Positions 61,497 through 64,000 of a stretch of 64,000 nt of DNA are shown in pieces. Location: positions 848-64,847 of the forward strand of contig VGSJ01000005.1 in NCBI GenBank assembly GCA_016875015.1. The letters run 5' to 3'. Numbering within the stretch: the stretch's first letter is position 1; every line of letters begins with the position of its first letter. The position numbers were made by a program, and so were the translations under genes. The DNA comes from Deltaproteobacteria bacterium. GTDB lineage: Bacteria > Desulfobacterota > Desulfobaccia > Desulfobaccales > 0-14-0-80-60-11. The notes beneath the pieces are model-generated. The model ran no database searches, was not told where the DNA came from, and saw only the letters and a list, made by a program, of their open reading frames with translations.

Positions 61497-62042
61497 CTAC
61501 AGAAGAGTCTTGAGGCCTTGGCGAAATCGCAAGATATAATACTTCAACTGCAGAATATAGACCTCGCCGGTAAGTTGTGGCGGATTTAATGGAAACTGCC
61601 GATAATCATATTCCTCTGTTCGGCGACCTGTTTCTACCTCACCCGGTGCCCTGGGGACGGTAATCCATTCGGGCTCAGCTTCTGTCCGCTCAATATATTT
61701 TCGGAGTTCGTACAAGCCTGGGTTGAAAATCCAGAGGTCGATATCAGGAACTTCGGCTGCATCCTTCTCCCAAATCTGGCTGGGAAGTATCCCTGCCTCT
61801 TCAAGTTCACGCCAAGTCTTGATGATATGCTGTTTGGCCACGTCTAATTTCATCCTGAAGTCTTTGACCATGACAGCCATCAAATAAACCATGAATGCCT
61901 CATTCCGACGATAATACCTCTGGACCCCACCCGCCTGGTCAGCCTCAGGGTTTCTCCCCAGAAGCAGCAAGGCATATCTCTTAATGGAGGGCAGAGGAAT
62001 CTCAAACGCTCTCTCCAGTACTCGATTGGTAATTGGCCGCAT
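61497..62042 (-). CDS. Hypothetical protein
   Basis: 181-aa ORF preceded by GGAGGGTAACGACT and a TTGACA-containing promoter-like sequence at 62071-62097. Confidence 0.55.
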   Translation of the reverse strand: MRPITNRVLERAFEIPLPSIKRYALLLLGRNPEADQAGGVQRYYRRNEAFMVYLMAVMVKDFRMKLDVAKQHIIKTWRELEEAGILPSQIWEKDAAEVPDIDLWIFNPGLYELRKYIERTEAEPEWITVPRAPGEVETGRRTEEYDYRQFPLNPPQLTGEVYILQLKYYILRFRQGLKTLL

Positions 62043-62190
62043 AGTCGTTACCCTCCATTTCTAAGTCGAGAATATAATGGGCGACTTATGATGTCAAGAT
62101 TTTTTTTCTGAAGACCATGAAGTGGGGTTCGAAGAAGGGATTATGAGCGCACTGTCCGGTGGGAACCAGGTCACAGCGCCCAAGGTCAGA

Positions 62191-62700
62191 CTACCGGCAC
62201 TCCGAGCTACAGGACAGGTGTCCCATCCGGTCGGCCATGACGTGGATGGGGATTGTGGGCTGCCCCGGCTTGATCTCGGGAAAGATGTTTTTAATCAATT
62301 CCTCCGCCTCCCGGTGCAGCTCCATGCGGATGGCATAGAACAGGCGGATAAACCGGTCGGCGGGGTCGGAGGGGGCCTCCTTCTCATTTTCCCACCGGGA
62401 TACCGTGGCGTTGTCCACGCCGGCGAGTTTGGCGAAGTCCTTCCCCTTCATGGCCATGCGCTTGCGCAGGAAGCGGATTTCCTTGCCGGTCAGGCGCCGC
62501 TTCTGCTGAAGCAGACACTTGGCGATGGTCTGGTGCAGCTCCAGGATGTTGGGAATGAGGGCGGAGCTCTCCCCACAGGGGCAATGGAAAATCTCTATGC
62601 CACAAATCCAGACGTTATCCAGGCCGGACTCCCGGTATTGATAGTCGCCCTGGACGGTTTCCCGCTCCTGACCGCAGGAGGGGCAGGCGATTTCACTCAT
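62191..62700 (-). CDS. MqsA/YgiT-type antitoxin (zinc finger + XRE HTH)
   Basis: N-terminal CPSCG...CPCG zinc finger. HTH LTGKEIRFLRKRMAMKGKDFAKLAGVDNATVSRWENEK. Confidence 0.75.
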   Translation of the reverse strand: MSEIACPSCGQERETVQGDYQYRESGLDNVWICGIEIFHCPCGESSALIPNILELHQTIAKCLLQQKRRLTGKEIRFLRKRMAMKGKDFAKLAGVDNATVSRWENEKEAPSDPADRFIRLFYAIRMELHREAEELIKNIFPEIKPGQPTIPIHVMADRMGHLSCSSECR

Positions 62701-62707
62701 AATTACC

Positions 62708-62995
62708 TCAAAAAACCGAAATGCAGTTTAGCCGGTTTTCTTCCAGAATGACTTCTATTACAGCAACCAGGGGTTCCCCCTCGATGTCGGCGCCGCTGAC
62801 CCGGAAGACATTGCGTTCGGCGTCTCCGGATTCTTGGCCAAGCTCTACGGTCCCCCAAAACAAGAGATGGAGGATGTCGTCCATCTGGACGTTGCGCTGT
62901 TCCATGCGCTCCTTGCAGTGCCGGGTGGGAAAGCGGGGGCTTTGCAGGATATCCCGGATGGCACTCTTGGCAGTGTCTAAATCCAATATCGGCAT
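62708..62995 (-). CDS. DUF4258-like toxin partner
   Basis: 95 aa, upstream of the MqsA-like gene with a 7-nt gap. FPTRHCKERMEQRNVQMDDILHLL resembles the DUF4258 H..R..eR.i motif (recognised from memory). Confidence 0.55.
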   Translation of the reverse strand: MPILDLDTAKSAIRDILQSPRFPTRHCKERMEQRNVQMDDILHLLFWGTVELGQESGDAERNVFRVSGADIEGEPLVAVIEVILEENRLNCISVF

Positions 62996-63211
62996 TTTTG
63001 AGGATTTGTCATTAAATTATTTGAGGTTTCCTCAATTTTTCATGAGCCACTTCCCCATTCCTGGGTCCAATGGGAGAACTGCAAAATAAGGGGACTGATC
63101 GGTCCTTTTATGCCACAAAGGCGCGTGTGCAGCAATTCGTAAAAGGGGAAAATCGGTCAACGGCTGTAAATTGCGGAGAGGCAAAAAAAGCAGGCCCAGC
63201 GGCTTTTTTCG

Positions 63212-63240
63212 TTGGTCAACTTGGTCAACATTTGGTCAAC
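63212..63240 (+). promoter_or_regulatory. Three TTGGTCAAC direct repeats (candidate integrase arm-type sites, right arm)
   Basis: Copies at 63212-63220, 63221-63229 and 63232-63240, about 130-160 bp inside attR, in the same orientation as the left-arm copies. Confidence 0.5.
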
Positions 63241-63370
63241 ACTATGCAGAAAATAACCCCCATTTTCCTGCATTTTCCCGCCTTGGCCCAAAATAGCGAT
63301 TGACAGGTTAACTGGTTGTATTTACAATATCTCTTGGCGTCCCGAATTGCCCCAAAAAATCCCGATTTAA

Positions 63371-63428
63371 GGACTTAAAATCCCTCGGGGTTCGCCCCGT
63401 GCCGGTTCGAGTCCGGCCCCAGGCACCA
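63371..63428 (+). repeat. attR: displaced 3' fragment of tRNA-Leu
   Basis: A 58-nt copy of the tRNA from the anticodon stem to CCA with no 5' half. The flanking AATATCAA is also shared with the left copy. Confidence 0.85.
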
Positions 63429-63773
63429 AATATCAAAAAGGTCTTCTTGCGCAGAAGAGAGGGCCTTTTCTCTTTGGTAGGCCAGGTTGGTAACTGCAAG
63501 TAAATCAAAGGGTTTTCGGTAAACAGGAGAGAGCCTGCCGTCCTTCCAGGAGGAGTTTGAGAACACAAAATTGAGCAAACGGCGCTTTTCGAGCATATCC
63601 TGTTTTTCATAAAGAATAACAGCATGTTGTGCCAGTTCGAGAATGCGCCCGCCCTCTTCCAGGTAAATATGGTTGGCATTTTCGTGTTTCTCAATTTTGA
63701 TGGTTCCGTAAAAAGTAAGAATTTTCAAAAAACCGGGTTGTAACTCATTGATTTTATTGAAAGCGAATTCCAT
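63375..63773 (-). pseudogene. C-terminal fragment of a recombinase-family (large serine recombinase-like) gene running into the tRNA fragment
   Basis: ILELAQHAVILYEKQDMLEKRRLLNFVFSNSSWKDGRLSPVYRKPFDLLA resembles the conserved C-terminal region of large serine recombinases (from memory). The last ~18 codons are translated tRNA DNA. A TGA lies in frame 36 nt upstream of ATG 63773, and the upstream open reading frame is a different one. Confidence 0.4.
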
Positions 63774-64000
63774 AAATAGAGCCTTTTCTGACTTTTTACG
63801 AATCCATCAATTTTTTGCAAAATGTCAGCTTGATCTCTCCGCCACTCTTCCCTGGGTTTCGGGTCTGTAGGCACGCGGTGAGGTAAAATGGTTATAATCA
63901 AGGATAGTTAGAGATTGTGAACAAGTGTGGCGTGTGCCTACGGCTTGGCAGGGGTCGGAGACACTTCTAAAACAAGTTTGGGCGAAGGAATCTCCAGGGT

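Larger units (their letters stand above)
28773..63428. mobile_element. ~34.6-kb tRNA-Leu-integrated genomic island (defence island on a phage-satellite-like backbone)
   Basis: Bounded by a 58-59-nt direct repeat of the tRNA 3' part. The integrase gene abuts the tRNA. GC composition is mosaic and lower. The cargo consists of restriction/defence genes plus phage-like replication and packaging genes. Confidence 0.8.

Noticed and set aside
63070-63303. 77-aa + strand ORF at the right island arm
   Set aside because: It is built from the TTGGTCAAC arm repeats (VGQLGQHLVN) and has no RBS.

Overview
64-kb window from a GC-rich bacterial chromosome. The gene content (sigma-54 response regulator, flavodiiron protein, archaeal-type ApgM, a candidate selenoprotein, several REP-like hairpin families) suggests an anaerobic Desulfobacterota/deltaproteobacterium-like host; that is inference only. 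Positions 1-27.7 kb are mainly housekeeping: GT9 fragment, NagZ, LutA-like Fe-S protein, NtrC-type regulator, spermidine-synthase-like membrane protein, IHF-beta, SRP RNA, ApgM, homoserine dehydrogenase, an aminotransferase, a lower-GC GH3 + Na/solute symporter pair beside tRNA-Val, a RelE/RHH TA pair, flavodiiron protein, CbpA-like DnaJ and BirA. Dispersed hairpin repeats are scattered through this part. tRNA-Leu(TAA) lies at 28744-28831, preceded by decayed IS66-type and YopX-type fragments. Its 3' 58-59 nt recur at 63371-63428, which delimits a ~34.6-kb integrated island of mosaic, mostly lower GC. The island carries the following. (i) A tyrosine integrase with TTGGTCAAC arm-type repeats at both ends. 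(ii) An uncharacterisable, translationally coupled 3-gene cassette behind a perfect TTGACA-17-TATAAT promoter. (iii) A DISARM class-1-like operon: a helicase with DUF1998-type Cys clusters and a C-terminal endonuclease-like domain, an SNF2 helicase, a 1394-aa N6-adenine methylase and a PD-(D/E)xK protein, with no PLD gene. (iv) An overlapping McrB-McrC-DUF262/DUF1524 operon followed by two tandem ADP-ribosylglycohydrolases. (v) A phage-satellite-like backbone: terS-like gene, truncated terL, primase-helicase, excisionase-like HTH, XRE, and a DUF4258/MqsA-like TA pair. A recombinase fragment to the right of attR suggests tandem accretion at this tRNA. No CRISPR array or rRNA gene was seen. All domain calls come from motif recognition by eye. 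No database search or folding program was run, and most non-CDS coordinates are approximate.
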